DNA of 64,000 nt from Phycisphaerae bacterium (GCA_963666835.2 CAXXGO010000001.1:32001-96000); one strand, 5' to 3'; shown: positions 47,683 to 58,587, numbered from the stretch's first letter. Made by a program: numbers and translations. Notes: generated by a model from the letters alone, not told the origin.

Positions 47683-49187
47683 GCCGCGCGGCACCCGCCG
47701 CGCAGCGTGAGGGTCGCGGCTGGATGTGGCCCTCTTCGCTGCCCGTTACCCGGTTGCCGGTGCAACTGGTCCCTGACCGCCGCCGTGTGATTACCCGTCT
47801 GTTCACCCCCGGTGGAGAGAAGCGTATCCGCTCGGTTCTGAATCGCGTGCTCCGCATGGACGAGCAAGACGTCGAGGGTCTGTTGGCCCGGATAGTACAG
47901 GATTTCGCCGGGCGGCACCGGAATATGGGCTCCAGGTTCAACGAGCATTTCCTCGCAGTGTCCGAGTATCTGGACGAACCGCTCGACATTACGGATGATC
48001 GCCGATTGCTGATCGGAGCGTACTTCACGATGGAGTACGCGATCGAGGCTGCGGCTCTCTTCAACCCGTCAATTGTGCCGCACCCGGATCAGAGCGGCGT
48101 GCCGGCCGGCGCGCTGCGTTTTGTCATGAGCTTGCGCGCCACTGGGGAAGGGCACGTGTCTTCAGTGGTCTTTCGCACCGGCCTTCTGGACTCTATGGGT
48201 GGAATCAGCTTCGACCCGGTGAGCCCGTTTGTTGAGCCCGCCCGGAAGGTCAAAGACCGACTATACCACAGGCACACCTTCACGCTGAAACTGACCGAGA
48301 TGGGGGCGTACAACGCGGTGGCCGAAGCGGTGCTGAGCCGACTCGGCGCCCAATTCGTTTTCGACGACTTAGTCCGTGCGATCAACGAGACCGATCGCTC
48401 GGGATTCGATTCGGGACTGTTCTTTCAGACCGCCAAGGACATTCGCTGGCTGGCCCGCTCCAACTATCATCTGACCTTTCCAGCCAATCGTGAGGTGTCT
48501 GAGGTCGTAATCTTTCCGGTTACCGAGAACGAGAGCCGTGGTATCGAAGACGCCCGTTTCGTCCGCTTCACCGATGACGACGGGACCGTGATGTACTACG
48601 GCACGTACACGGCCTACAACGGGTTCCGAATTCTGCCGCAGTTGTTGGAAACGGCGAACTTCGTGGATTTCCGAATCACCACTCTGAATGGCAAGTTTGC
48701 CCAGAACAAGGGCATCGCGCTGTTTCCGCGCAAGGTCAACGGCTCGTATATGATGATCTCGCGCGTCGACGGCGAGAACCTGTACATCATGTCGTCGGAC
48801 AGCAACCGCTTCTGGAACACCGGGGACCGGCTGCGGGTACCTAAGCACCCGTGGGAGTTCATGCAGATCGGCAACTGCGGTTCTCCCATGGAAACGGAGG
48901 CGGGCTGGCTACTGCTGACGCATGGTGTGGGGCCGATGCGGCAGTATTGCATCGGCGCGATCCTTCTGGACCTTCAGGACCCCTCGCGCGTCCTCGGTCA
49001 GTTGCCGGATCCGTTGCTTGTTCCCAACGACGAAGAACGGGAGGGCTACGTGCCTAATGTGGTTTACACCTGCGGCGCGCTGATCCACAACGAGCTGCTG
49101 GTCATGCCCTATGCGATGTCCGACTCCGCGACCCGCGTTGCTACTATTCCAGTCTACGAAGTGCTCGACCGCATGATGCCCCCATAA
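47679..49187 (+). CDS. GH130-family protein (long form)
   Basis: EYAIEAAALFNPSIV, RATGEGH.SS, GIEDARFV, NKG.ALFP, QIGNCGSP, REGYVPNVVY; TTGA overlap with the previous stop (alternative ATG 47724). Confidence 0.9.
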   Translation: MSRAAPAAQREGRGWMWPSSLPVTRLPVQLVPDRRRVITRLFTPGGEKRIRSVLNRVLRMDEQDVEGLLARIVQDFAGRHRNMGSRFNEHFLAVSEYLDEPLDITDDRRLLIGAYFTMEYAIEAAALFNPSIVPHPDQSGVPAGALRFVMSLRATGEGHVSSVVFRTGLLDSMGGISFDPVSPFVEPARKVKDRLYHRHTFTLKLTEMGAYNAVAEAVLSRLGAQFVFDDLVRAINETDRSGFDSGLFFQTAKDIRWLARSNYHLTFPANREVSEVVIFPVTENESRGIEDARFVRFTDDDGTVMYYGTYTAYNGFRILPQLLETANFVDFRITTLNGKFAQNKGIALFPRKVNGSYMMISRVDGENLYIMSSDSNRFWNTGDRLRVPKHPWEFMQIGNCGSPMETEAGWLLLTHGVGPMRQYCIGAILLDLQDPSRVLGQLPDPLLVPNDEEREGYVPNVVYTCGALIHNELLVMPYAMSDSATRVATIPVYEVLDRMMPP

Positions 49188-49613
49188 CCCCAAGCGCGTG
49201 ACCCGCGGCTTGCAGGACCATGCCCGGGGTACCTTTCTTTCCTTCGCTGAACCACCCGCGAAACCAACGCCGAAGGCGTTATACAGCAAAGCCCAGGGTA
49301 AGCGCAGCGGCGCAGCCGCGAAGCGCCACCCTGGGTGTCCGGTCGACTAACCTGATCGAACCCTGCCAGGGTTCTACAAACGGCGGCGGACCGTACATTC
49401 CGATCGCACGGCCGATGCCTGTGCGTCGCCGAAGTTCCATCCGGTGCGGTCAGTCATTGACCTCGCCGGGTGCCGGGTGCCATGGTCCACGCTTGCGTGG
49501 CCATGAAGAGACCAGGTGCGACCGGGTCGCACCGTACGACTTTGGGCGAAAGTGTCGAGAATGAGTGGCTGGGCCACTTCGACCTTCACCTGCCCCAACG
49601 ACCTGAGAAGCGG

Positions 49614-49922
49614 ATGGCATTGAGCAAGAAGATCCGAATGCCTGAAGACGAAATACTCCGAGAACTGGCTGCCGTCGTTGATGCGTTTGACGCACGTTAT
49701 TCGTGGGGCTGGCCCGGCGAGGAAATTGCCCGGATTGCCTTCCGACGATGGACGTCCTTTCCACTGAGGAACAAGTCGAAAGCCCCAACCAGTGCACACC
49801 GTGTAAACGATCTTGTCAAAGGCCTGTGTGCTCACTTCGAACCGGATGTTCAGTTCACGCCCACGCTTGACTGGCGGGATCTGGCCGAGAAGTTGGCAGC
49901 AGTTCTCGAGAAGCTGGATTGA
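49614..49922 (+). CDS. Small hypothetical protein
   Basis: Helical, protein-like ORF between repeat blocks; no recognised family. Confidence 0.45.
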   Translation: MALSKKIRMPEDEILRELAAVVDAFDARYSWGWPGEEIARIAFRRWTSFPLRNKSKAPTSAHRVNDLVKGLCAHFEPDVQFTPTLDWRDLAEKLAAVLEKLD

Positions 49923-50258
49923 GTTTCCCTAGTGCAGCCGTCCAGAGGCGCACAGGATAAGGGGCCAGTCCGCCGACGGCGGACGCCGTTCCCGGACCTG
50001 CCGAAGCAAACTGCCTGACCCTGCAAGGGGCAAATGGTCTCGGCGAATGTGCCTTGCGAGGCCGCCATAGCTTTCGACGCATGATGACAGAGGCCGGGCA
50101 GCCGAAAGAGAACCACGGGGTCTTCATGCCAGGAATGTGACCCCTACCGAGGTCATTGGGATTGTCGGAAACGCTTCCGGGGGCGGCGGCCGCTCCGCGG
50201 CCTTGCCCCCGGCTACTATCTTGCAGGATTTCAGCCTGAGAATTGCTGGCGCCGCGGC

Positions 50259-51677
50259 TTACACGTCCAGGCTTAGCTGATACTCGTACGGGTGCGGACG
50301 CGCGCCGACCGCGACGCACTCCCGCTCCATCTTCGTGGCAATCCAGCCGTTGATTAGCGACTCGGGGAACACGTTGCCGCGGGTCAAAAACTCCCGATCG
50401 CGACCCAGAGCCTCGAGAGCGTCGTACAGGGTGCGCGGGACCGGGGTGATCTTCGAACGGAACGCCTCGTCTTGCTTCGCGATGTCGACGTCGAACGGTC
50501 CGAAGTTGTTCTTGTCCAGCTCGGTCTTCGACTGGATCCCGTCGATCCCGGCCATGAGCATCGCCGCCAGCGCCAAGTAGATGTTGCTCGTAAAATCGGG
50601 CGGGCGGTATTCGATCCGCTTGTCGGCCGGTGACGTCGCATAGCGGGGAACGCGAATCGCCGCGGACCGGTTCGCCAGCGAGAAGAACAGGTTGACCGGC
50701 GCCTCGTAACCTTCAACCAGCCGCTTGAAGGAGTTGCACGACGGGTTGGTCAAGCCGGTCAGAGCTCGCCCGTGGTTCAACAGCCCGGCGATGTAGTGCA
50801 AGGCCGTGTCACTCAAATCCGCGTAGTTGTGCTTGGTATCGTCGAAGAACAACGGCTGCCCGCCGCGGTCGAGTTTCTGATGCACGTGCATCCCGTTTCC
50901 GGCTTCTCCGAAGACGGGCTTCGGCATGAACGTGGCCAGCTTGCCGTGCCGGCGGGCGATGTTCTTGATCACGTACTTGATGAGCATGGTCCGGTCGGCG
51001 ATCTGCACCAGCGGCCCGAGATCGATCTCGATTTCACACTGTCCGGGAGCTCCAACCTCATGATGATGATACCGAACCGGGATGCCCAGTTCCTCGAGGG
51101 TCAGGGCGATCTCTGAACGAAGGTTATGAAGCTGCTCGGTCGGCGGCACGCCCATGTAGCCCTGCTTCGCTCCGATCGTGGACGACGTTCCGTCCGTGTG
51201 GACTTCGGAGCACTCGACGCGAGCCCCGGCCTCGTACGGCTCGTTGACTACATCGACCGAGTCGAGCACATGGAACTCGAACTCCGGACCCATCAACGCC
51301 TCGTCGGCAATCCCGCAAGACCGCATGTAGTCAATTGCCCGCTGGGCGATGGTCCGCGGGTCGCTGGTGAACGGTTCTCTAGTGTCGGCCGTGACCGTAT
51401 CGCAAAGGAAGCTAAGCGTTGGCCGATCCCAGAACGGGTCCACGAAGGCGGTGTTGGCCTTGGGCAAAGCGGCCACATCGCCGCTTTCGACCTTTCCAAA
51501 CCCGGCACCCGACGAGCCGTCGTATCCGACGCCCTCTTCGAAGTGCTTGTCACCGAAGCTGCTGGCCGGGATCGTAACGTGGAGCCATTGCCCGCTAATG
51601 GAGACCATCTTCAGGTCGACCATCGCAATGTCGTTGTCAATTATGTATTGCAGTGCTTCACTGTTGCTTTCAAACAC
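50259..51677 (-). CDS. glnA: Glutamine synthetase type I
   Basis: DGSS, GPEFEF, HHHEV, ATFMPKP, GNGMHVH, GYEAP, NRSAAIRVP, IEYR. Confidence 0.97.
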   Translation of the reverse strand: MFESNSEALQYIIDNDIAMVDLKMVSISGQWLHVTIPASSFGDKHFEEGVGYDGSSGAGFGKVESGDVAALPKANTAFVDPFWDRPTLSFLCDTVTADTREPFTSDPRTIAQRAIDYMRSCGIADEALMGPEFEFHVLDSVDVVNEPYEAGARVECSEVHTDGTSSTIGAKQGYMGVPPTEQLHNLRSEIALTLEELGIPVRYHHHEVGAPGQCEIEIDLGPLVQIADRTMLIKYVIKNIARRHGKLATFMPKPVFGEAGNGMHVHQKLDRGGQPLFFDDTKHNYADLSDTALHYIAGLLNHGRALTGLTNPSCNSFKRLVEGYEAPVNLFFSLANRSAAIRVPRYATSPADKRIEYRPPDFTSNIYLALAAMLMAGIDGIQSKTELDKNNFGPFDVDIAKQDEAFRSKITPVPRTLYDALEALGRDREFLTRGNVFPESLINGWIATKMERECVAVGARPHPYEYQLSLDV

Positions 51678-51724
51678 AATGCATCTCCGTCAGTCGCCTC
51701 GTTACCATCCCGGGATAGACGGAA

Positions 51725-51742
51725 TGGCACGTCCCGTGCCAA
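51725..51742 (-). promoter_or_regulatory. Putative sigma54 (-24/-12) promoter of glnA
   Basis: Minus strand TTGGCACG-GGAC-GTGC with correct GG/GC spacing, about 50 nt upstream of glnA. Confidence 0.6.
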
Positions 51743-52178
51743 TTTCACCCGTTCCTGCCCGTGATCCCCGGAAGTCGCGCCTGTTTCAGGCCTCCTGTTG
51801 TGACCTGCTCCGGCAGCCGGATGCACACGGTTCCCGCAATCGAGGGCGAGCAGTCTCTCGCGCGGTTGGCCGCTATGCAATACCACGCAGACGCTTCGTC
51901 TTCGAGCGGCAAGAAGGGCAAACACGTGGCGGAGCCTCCTTCCCCCGATGGTGAGCACGCCAATCCTTCGCCGCCTGGTCCGCGCCGCAAAACGGAACAC
52001 TATCTCGCTGTTGTTGTCCGTCAGGATGACGTTGTTGTAGTGGGGATTTCCCTGTAACAAAAACGGACGTCTGCCCGATAAAGAACATCTGCTTCGATGA
52101 GCGCGCGCGCTCGTTTCTTCGTTTATAGGGCTAGGGAAAGGGTTTGTTGGTCTCAGGATTACGGAAGGGAGAGACACA

Positions 52179-55100
52179 ATGAGTGTCAATCGCAGTGCGT
52201 GGTTAGTTGTTTTGATGGCGGTCGGAGCAGCGTCGGCCGCAACGGTGACGGTCGAGCCTATCGCTCGGAGCACCGGGACGGTTCGCGACACGGTTCCGGG
52301 TCGCGGCGATGGGTTCGTCTTTCGGGGGCAATCCCAGATCCAGGCTCCGGTGGTCAACGATTCCGGAGAAGTGGTCTTCCTGGCAAACAGCTCCGCGGCG
52401 TCCAGCACCGCCGTGGACCCGGCCGTGGGGATCTATGTGAACCGGCCGGGAACCGGGCTGGATGTTCTGGTCGACACGACCGTGGATGGAACGGGAGCGG
52501 CGACGTTTGCGGTTCCTGGTCAGCCGGCCGACACTCAGTTTGTCGCCGGCGGGTTTCTTGCTCCGCTGCTGAACAACGCCGGCGATGTCGTGTTCTTCGC
52601 GACGTTTTCCGGGCCGACGTCTGGAACTGGCGAGGGTTTATATGCCACGAACACGTCAGCCGGATCACCGATCGTCAAGATTGTCGACACAAGCGATTCC
52701 GTTCCGGGTCATCCGGCGGGGACGCTGTTCGACAACTTCAGTTTCATCTCCCCGAACCCGGCGAGGCTTCCCATCTCTCTGAATGACGCCGGGCAAGTGG
52801 TCTTCTGGGCTCAGTTCTGTACGTTGGCGTCTTGCACCAGTTCCACGCTGTCCAACGGTATCTTCGGAACAAGGGTGTCCGGCGGCACGGCGGTACTGTT
52901 GGCCGACAGCACCGAGACCGTGATTCCCACCGGCAAGACCAACGGTTTCAATGAGATTCGCCCGGAAATCGGGATTAACAGCAGCGGGATCGTCGTGTTC
53001 CACGGTCGGCTGGCGCCTGCGTCGGTGAGCCCGGCCGGGGTGTTCGCGATTCCGGTTACCGGGGGAGTTGCCCCGACGACGGTAGCGTTTCGTGTTCAGA
53101 GTGCGCCGCCCGATCATGTCGTCAGCTTCAACGATACGTTCCAGGACGTCGACATCAACGACGCGGGCGTGATCACGTTCCTGGTCGGGTTGTCGGACGG
53201 CGAGAGCGGGATGTTCGCGGGAGACGTCAGCGGAGGGCCGTTGACCCGCCTGGTCGATACGCGAGTAGGCGGCATGACCGTGCCGGAGACTCCCGGGGCG
53301 GAGTTCGACACTCTGGCCTTCGCGGCAATCAACGAATCCGGGAATGCCGGTTTCTTCTCGTTCATTCGTGACAGCGGAACATCCAACAACCAGGGAATCT
53401 ACGTTGCCGGTCTCGACGGCGACCCCATCGAATTGGCTCTGGACGAGGACGGCATCGCGCCGGGTCTGCCGTCTCCGGCCCATCTCACGAACTTCAAAGG
53501 CCGCAGCGCCGCCATCAACGATGACGGCCACCTGGCCTTCTGGGGCACCGGTCTCAATGACCTGGGGACGGTGCTGTTCGGCCTGTACTTCTACGATGCT
53601 TGCACTAAAGAGGCTGTCAGAATCGCCGATACGACCACGGCGTTGGCCGATCTGGGAAGCGCGTTCACGACCAGCGGCAGCCAGAAGGGCGAGTTCGTTC
53701 TCTATCAGAGCGGCGAGGTGCGCAACGGCCATTACCGCACGATCAACAACAGCAACGACGTTGTCTTCGCGGCCCGGTTCAACAACTTCGATTTCGGCGT
53801 ATATGTAGCCCACATCGAAGCGGGCGGCGGGCCGTTGACCATCACGTGCCCGGCGGATGTGACGGCCGAATGCCCGGCCGGCACCCTCCCGGATGTTACC
53901 GGCGAGGCGACGGCCGAAGGGTGCGGGACCATAACCGTCACGTACGCTGACGAGTCGGTAACCACCTGCGGCGGCGCCGAGACCATTACTCGAACCTGGT
54001 CGGCGGTCGTGGGGTCAGACGATCCGGTGTCGTGCGTCCAGACGATTACGGTGGTCGACACGTCTGCTCCGGTGCTATCTGGGGTCCCGGCCGATGTGAC
54101 GGTTAACTGTGATGCAGTACCTGCGGCGGCCACGGTGACGGCAACGGACGCCTGCGACGCCGCTCCGGTGGTGGTGTTTGACGAAGTCCGCACGGACGGA
54201 ACGTGCGCCGATGACTACGTACTGACCCGCACGTGGACCGCAACGGATGCCTGCGGGAATGTGGCAAGCGCGTCGCAGACCATCACGGTAGTCGATACGA
54301 CTGCTCCGGTGCTGTCTGGCGTCCCGGCCGATGTAACGGTCGATTGTGACGCCGTACCTGCGGCGGCCACGGTGACGGCAACGGACGCGTGCGACGCCGC
54401 TCCGACGCTCGTGTTTGACGAGGTCCGCACAGACGGCGCGTGCGCCGATGACTACGTACTGACCCGCACGTGGACCGCAACGGACTCCTGCGGGAATGTG
54501 GCAAGCGAGTCGCAGACAATTACGGTGGTCGACACGTCTGCTCCGGTGCTATCTGGGGTCCCGGCCGATGTGACGGTTAACTGTGATGCAGTACCTGCGG
54601 CGGCCACGGTGACGGCAACGGATGCGTGCGACGCCGCTCCGGTGGTGGTGTTTGACGAAGTTCGCACGGATGGGACGTGTCCGGCGGAATTTGTTCTTAC
54701 GCGAACCTGGTCGGCCGTTGATGAATGCGGTAATGAGGTGAACGAGGCGCAAATCGTGTCGGTGGCTGATGTTACTGCTCCGGCGCTCACGTGCCCCGCG
54801 GACGTTTTTGGGTTGGAGTGCCCGGCCGACACATCAGTTACGGCGCACGGGACGGCTACGGCGAGCGATAACTGCGGGGCGGTGACGATTGAGTCGAGCG
54901 ACGTCACTACGGAAACCTGCGGTGACGCGGAGACGGTGACCCGTACCTTCACGGCTTATGATGACTGCGGGAACCCGGCTTCGTGCGTTCAGACTATCGA
55001 GACGGTTGACACGACTCCGCCGACCTTCCCGGTAGTACCGGACCCGGTCTTCGCGCTTGACATCGACTGCTCGGGCGACGAGGCGATCACGCTTTCGGCC

Positions 55101-56111
55101 GTCGTTGCGGAAGACGATTGCGACAGTGAGGTGACGGTAAGTGCCGATGCTCCGGCACTCTTCCCGGCCGGAGCGACTACGACGGTCACCTATACCGCTA
55201 TAGACGATTGTGCCAATACCGCGGAAACGCAGCGAGAGGTGACGGTTGATTACGGGGCCGGTATCCTGGTTAGCGCGCGCAAGTTCGTAGTCGGTTGGGG
55301 GCACCGCCCGTGCGTAACGCGGGGGGCCCTTTCCGGTATTGCCATCGGGGCGTACGACGAGTCTCCGGGAAGCTGTGCGGCGAATCAGATCGCGCAGAAC
55401 TGGGGAGTGCTGTGGTGGTCTCTGCCGGATATCGTTGCCAATTGCACTCCTGTTAACTCCGGGGTGACCAACGCGGCCGGGGTTGTGGTAATCGATGTGC
55501 CGCCGGGAGACTACGTAGTGGCGACCCATTTTGATTCCGACGACGACGGCGACCTGGACCAGTACCTGGGGCAGTACGTCAGTAACGTCTCCTGCGGGGA
55601 GACTGCCTGGACGCATCTTTTCATGATCCATCTGAACAACGGCCGGCGGTTCGGCTGCAAGTTCCATCGGTTCACCGGATCGGAGCTTCTGGTGATCGAG
55701 CCGGAAGAAGTCGTCTGGGACGGCACGGAGCAGCTTTATCCGTTCGTCTTCGATTCCGAAGGTGATTGGGGTGTGACAGTTAGTGTCACTCCTCCGGACG
55801 GGTTCGTGGCGGATTACGATGAGCTGTCGGAGGAGGTCAACACCGAGACCGAGGCGTTGCAGTTCACTATTACCGAGGTCGGTAGCGATCTGTTGCCGAC
55901 TATAACGGAGTTCGAGGTCCATCACGGGCGCAAGACGCATACGCTGCGCAGCGAGGTGGGAATCGCCCTTACTCCGGAATACGCACGCCAACGCGGCTTC
56001 AACGTGGGCCGCTTGCAGCAGCGCGGTCTGATCGTCGACGACGTGCATCAGGTGCGGCGATCTACGCTGCAAGGTCAATCGAAGAAGATCGCCCCGCGCG
56101 ATCTGAGGTAA
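52179..56111 (+). CDS. Secreted protein: NxxGxxxF tandem-repeat propeller, HYR-like Cys-containing Ig repeats, C-terminal domain of unknown function
   Basis: Signal peptide; eight N(D/N)xGxVxF motifs; repeats of VDTSAPVLSGVPADVTVNCD...TRTWTATDACGN. Confidence 0.85.
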   Translation: MSVNRSAWLVVLMAVGAASAATVTVEPIARSTGTVRDTVPGRGDGFVFRGQSQIQAPVVNDSGEVVFLANSSAASSTAVDPAVGIYVNRPGTGLDVLVDTTVDGTGAATFAVPGQPADTQFVAGGFLAPLLNNAGDVVFFATFSGPTSGTGEGLYATNTSAGSPIVKIVDTSDSVPGHPAGTLFDNFSFISPNPARLPISLNDAGQVVFWAQFCTLASCTSSTLSNGIFGTRVSGGTAVLLADSTETVIPTGKTNGFNEIRPEIGINSSGIVVFHGRLAPASVSPAGVFAIPVTGGVAPTTVAFRVQSAPPDHVVSFNDTFQDVDINDAGVITFLVGLSDGESGMFAGDVSGGPLTRLVDTRVGGMTVPETPGAEFDTLAFAAINESGNAGFFSFIRDSGTSNNQGIYVAGLDGDPIELALDEDGIAPGLPSPAHLTNFKGRSAAINDDGHLAFWGTGLNDLGTVLFGLYFYDACTKEAVRIADTTTALADLGSAFTTSGSQKGEFVLYQSGEVRNGHYRTINNSNDVVFAARFNNFDFGVYVAHIEAGGGPLTITCPADVTAECPAGTLPDVTGEATAEGCGTITVTYADESVTTCGGAETITRTWSAVVGSDDPVSCVQTITVVDTSAPVLSGVPADVTVNCDAVPAAATVTATDACDAAPVVVFDEVRTDGTCADDYVLTRTWTATDACGNVASASQTITVVDTTAPVLSGVPADVTVDCDAVPAAATVTATDACDAAPTLVFDEVRTDGACADDYVLTRTWTATDSCGNVASESQTITVVDTSAPVLSGVPADVTVNCDAVPAAATVTATDACDAAPVVVFDEVRTDGTCPAEFVLTRTWSAVDECGNEVNEAQIVSVADVTAPALTCPADVFGLECPADTSVTAHGTATASDNCGAVTIESSDVTTETCGDAETVTRTFTAYDDCGNPASCVQTIETVDTTPPTFPVVPDPVFALDIDCSGDEAITLSAVVAEDDCDSEVTVSADAPALFPAGATTTVTYTAIDDCANTAETQREVTVDYGAGILVSARKFVVGWGHRPCVTRGALSGIAIGAYDESPGSCAANQIAQNWGVLWWSLPDIVANCTPVNSGVTNAAGVVVIDVPPGDYVVATHFDSDDDGDLDQYLGQYVSNVSCGETAWTHLFMIHLNNGRRFGCKFHRFTGSELLVIEPEEVVWDGTEQLYPFVFDSEGDWGVTVSVTPPDGFVADYDELSEEVNTETEALQFTITEVGSDLLPTITEFEVHHGRKTHTLRSEVGIALTPEYARQRGFNVGRLQQRGLIVDDVHQVRRSTLQGQSKKIAPRDLR
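54041..54750 (+). repeat. Three near-identical intragenic 237-bp (79-aa) tandem repeats
   Basis: Copies start at ~54041, ~54278 and ~54515. Confidence 0.9.
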
Positions 56112-56708
56112 GTATCCAACAGCCTTCGCGATTACGCCAGGCGGTGTCTTGTGTCCCTGCCGGCACTTGCCCGCCCGGCGGGTCGCTAAGGTTCGTAACG
56201 AAATCCGTTTTCCAGAGTGCGCCCTCGGGGTGGTTGCTTCATCGCACCCATGTCGGGGGCTCCGTTTTTGCGCGGGAAAGCAGCGTCGGGTAATCCCGCT
56301 GTCGTGCAGGTGGGTGCAAGACCGTACAGCCATAGCTTGCGGTCTTGAGGATTGTGCGAGGTGGGCGCCGCACGGTGTCCCCGAGGAGGCATAACTGTCC
56401 GGCGTATAGGCAGTGCAGCCCCGGGTTCTCCGTTTGTTCAAGACTTGGATCGAGTCCACCGATCATGGGGTGGCTTATGCGATTCTCACGTCATCGGTCC
56501 GACAGTCAGCACCATGTCACAGCGAAGATGGTGATTACCCTGACTCCGGACGATGCCGTGAGCCCGCTACCGGGAATCCCGGGCGGGGCTTGGCAACGAG
56601 GGTTGTTCCGGGTTGTGGGGCGCGGACTGGTCGACGGGCGGTGATGCCGCTACGGGCCGGATGTCGGCGATCTCGCGTCCGAGTACTCGGACCACCGGAG
56701 GACTGGCA

Positions 56709-57977
56709 ATGTCAAAGGCAGATCAATACGAAAGCGCGGGCGCAACGCCGACATCAACGCCGGATGTGCGACTCTCTCAAAGATCGAAGGTCTTGAAGGA
56801 GGGGCAGAGGATCCTCGTGGTCGAGGACTGTCCGTCCTTTCGAAAACTGGCGGTCCGACGGTTGACGGATGAGGGTTATCACGTGCATGCCGCTGCGGAT
56901 GGAGAAGAGGCGTTGCGGATGGCCGAGACGCTACTCCCTGATCTGATTATTCTGGATGTGGACATGCCGGTTATGGATGGGTTTGCGGCGTGCCGAAAGC
57001 TGAAAGAGAGCCCCTTCGCCGGCGATACGCCGGTAGTGTTCATTTCCTCGGATGAGAGTACCGGCCAGATACTCCGCGGGTTTGCCCACGGCGGCGTTGA
57101 TTACATTGCCAAGTCCGCCGCCCCGGAAGAGCTAATGGCGCGCGTCCGGGTCCACCTCGAGATGGGGAATCTGCAGCGGGCTCTCCAGCGAAATCTCGTT
57201 CAGGCAGAGTCCTCCCGCGAACTTCTCAGCCGTGCGAACACCAACCTCCGTAGAAGAAACACAGAGCTGAGCGAGTTCACTCACGTGGCAAGCCGCGATC
57301 TGCAGGAACCGGTCCGCAAGCTCATCTCCTTCAGCAAACTGCTCCGCCGGGATCTGGGCGAGAACCTGCCGGAGAGAGCCGCCAAGGATCTCGATTTCAT
57401 TACCGAAGAGGCCGAGAGAATGCGGATCCTGGTCAAGGACCTGCTCGCCCTGCAGCGCGCGGGGCAATCTACCATGAGGTGCGGACCGGTCGCTTTGGCG
57501 GATTGTGTGGCCCAGGCCGTCGACGTGCTGACTCAGAGCATCGGACAGACCGGAGCCGAGATCATCTGTGAGTCATTACCCGAAGTGACCGGAGATGCCG
57601 CACTCCTCACGCAGCTTTATCAAAACCTGATCGACAACGCGCTGAAATTCACCGTCCCCGGCCGCAAGCCGTCCGTACGCCTCACCGCCAAGAATGTCGG
57701 CGGCGCGTGGGTGATGCAAGTGCAGGATAACGGTATCGGAATCAAACCGGAGTTCGCCGAGGAGATATTTGCGCCGTTCAAACGGCTTCACGGTCGGGGT
57801 GAATATCCGGGGTCGGGGATCGGCCTGGCGGTGTGCCGTACGAACGTTGAGCGTCATGGCGGACGAATCTGGGTGGAGTCTGGTGAGCACGGTGGAGCGG
57901 TCTTCTCATTCATGATCCCGCAGTTGCCCGCTTCGCGGTCGCGTCGGATTGAAGAGTGTGTTGGGGCCGCAGGTTAA
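56709..57977 (+). CDS. Hybrid receiver-histidine kinase (REC-HisKA-HATPase) with H-box His replaced by Arg
   Basis: GGAGG RBS; ILVVED, LDVDMPVMDG; VASRDLQEP (canonical SHDL.EP); NLIDNALKF, DNGIGI, GSGIGL. Confidence 0.92.
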   Translation: MSKADQYESAGATPTSTPDVRLSQRSKVLKEGQRILVVEDCPSFRKLAVRRLTDEGYHVHAAADGEEALRMAETLLPDLIILDVDMPVMDGFAACRKLKESPFAGDTPVVFISSDESTGQILRGFAHGGVDYIAKSAAPEELMARVRVHLEMGNLQRALQRNLVQAESSRELLSRANTNLRRRNTELSEFTHVASRDLQEPVRKLISFSKLLRRDLGENLPERAAKDLDFITEEAERMRILVKDLLALQRAGQSTMRCGPVALADCVAQAVDVLTQSIGQTGAEIICESLPEVTGDAALLTQLYQNLIDNALKFTVPGRKPSVRLTAKNVGGAWVMQVQDNGIGIKPEFAEEIFAPFKRLHGRGEYPGSGIGLAVCRTNVERHGGRIWVESGEHGGAVFSFMIPQLPASRSRRIEECVGAAG

Positions 57978-57997
57978 ACCGGTTGAAGGGGATGTGA

Positions 57998-58471
57998 ATG
58001 GACGACGTCGGTGGTGATTTCGAAGCAAACCCGGCCGAAAGACCGGTAATCCTGGTAGTGGATGACCAAGAAGACCACCTCAGCCTGGTATGCCAGGTTC
58101 TTGAGGAGGAACGGTATGAACTAATGCCTGCCGGCGACGCCGAATCGGCGATTGCGGTTTTCGAGCAGAGGCGTCCGGATCTGGCGATTCTTGATGTTCA
58201 CATGCCCGGACTCAATGGATTCGAAGTGTGCCGACGCCTACGTGCCCACTATGCCCACGATCCTGTCCCGATTATCTTCCTGACGGCGGTCTGTAAGTCC
58301 ACCGAGGAGACAATCCACGGATTGGATCTGGGCGCGTGTGAGTACCTGGTCAAGCCGGTGGGCGCGGCCGAACTCCGAGCCAGAGTCCGGGCCGTCTTGC
58401 GGACCGAAGCGGACCATCGACAACGCCGCGACGATGCGAAACGCGTTGTCCGCCGACTCATGAAGTCCTGA
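57998..58471 (+). CDS. Single-domain response regulator
   Basis: ILVVDD, LDVHMPGLNG, IFLTA, YLVKP. Confidence 0.92.
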   Translation: MDDVGGDFEANPAERPVILVVDDQEDHLSLVCQVLEEERYELMPAGDAESAIAVFEQRRPDLAILDVHMPGLNGFEVCRRLRAHYAHDPVPIIFLTAVCKSTEETIHGLDLGACEYLVKPVGAAELRARVRAVLRTEADHRQRRDDAKRVVRRLMKS

Positions 58472-58587
58472 CCTTCGCAGTTTGCCCCTTGCCCCCCCGA
58501 AGTCCCAAGCAAGAGTGTTTGACAGAAGTCTGTCACGGCGTATTCCCCACCGAACAGCCAAGCCGCCGAGCCTGCGGTGGTCTGCGG

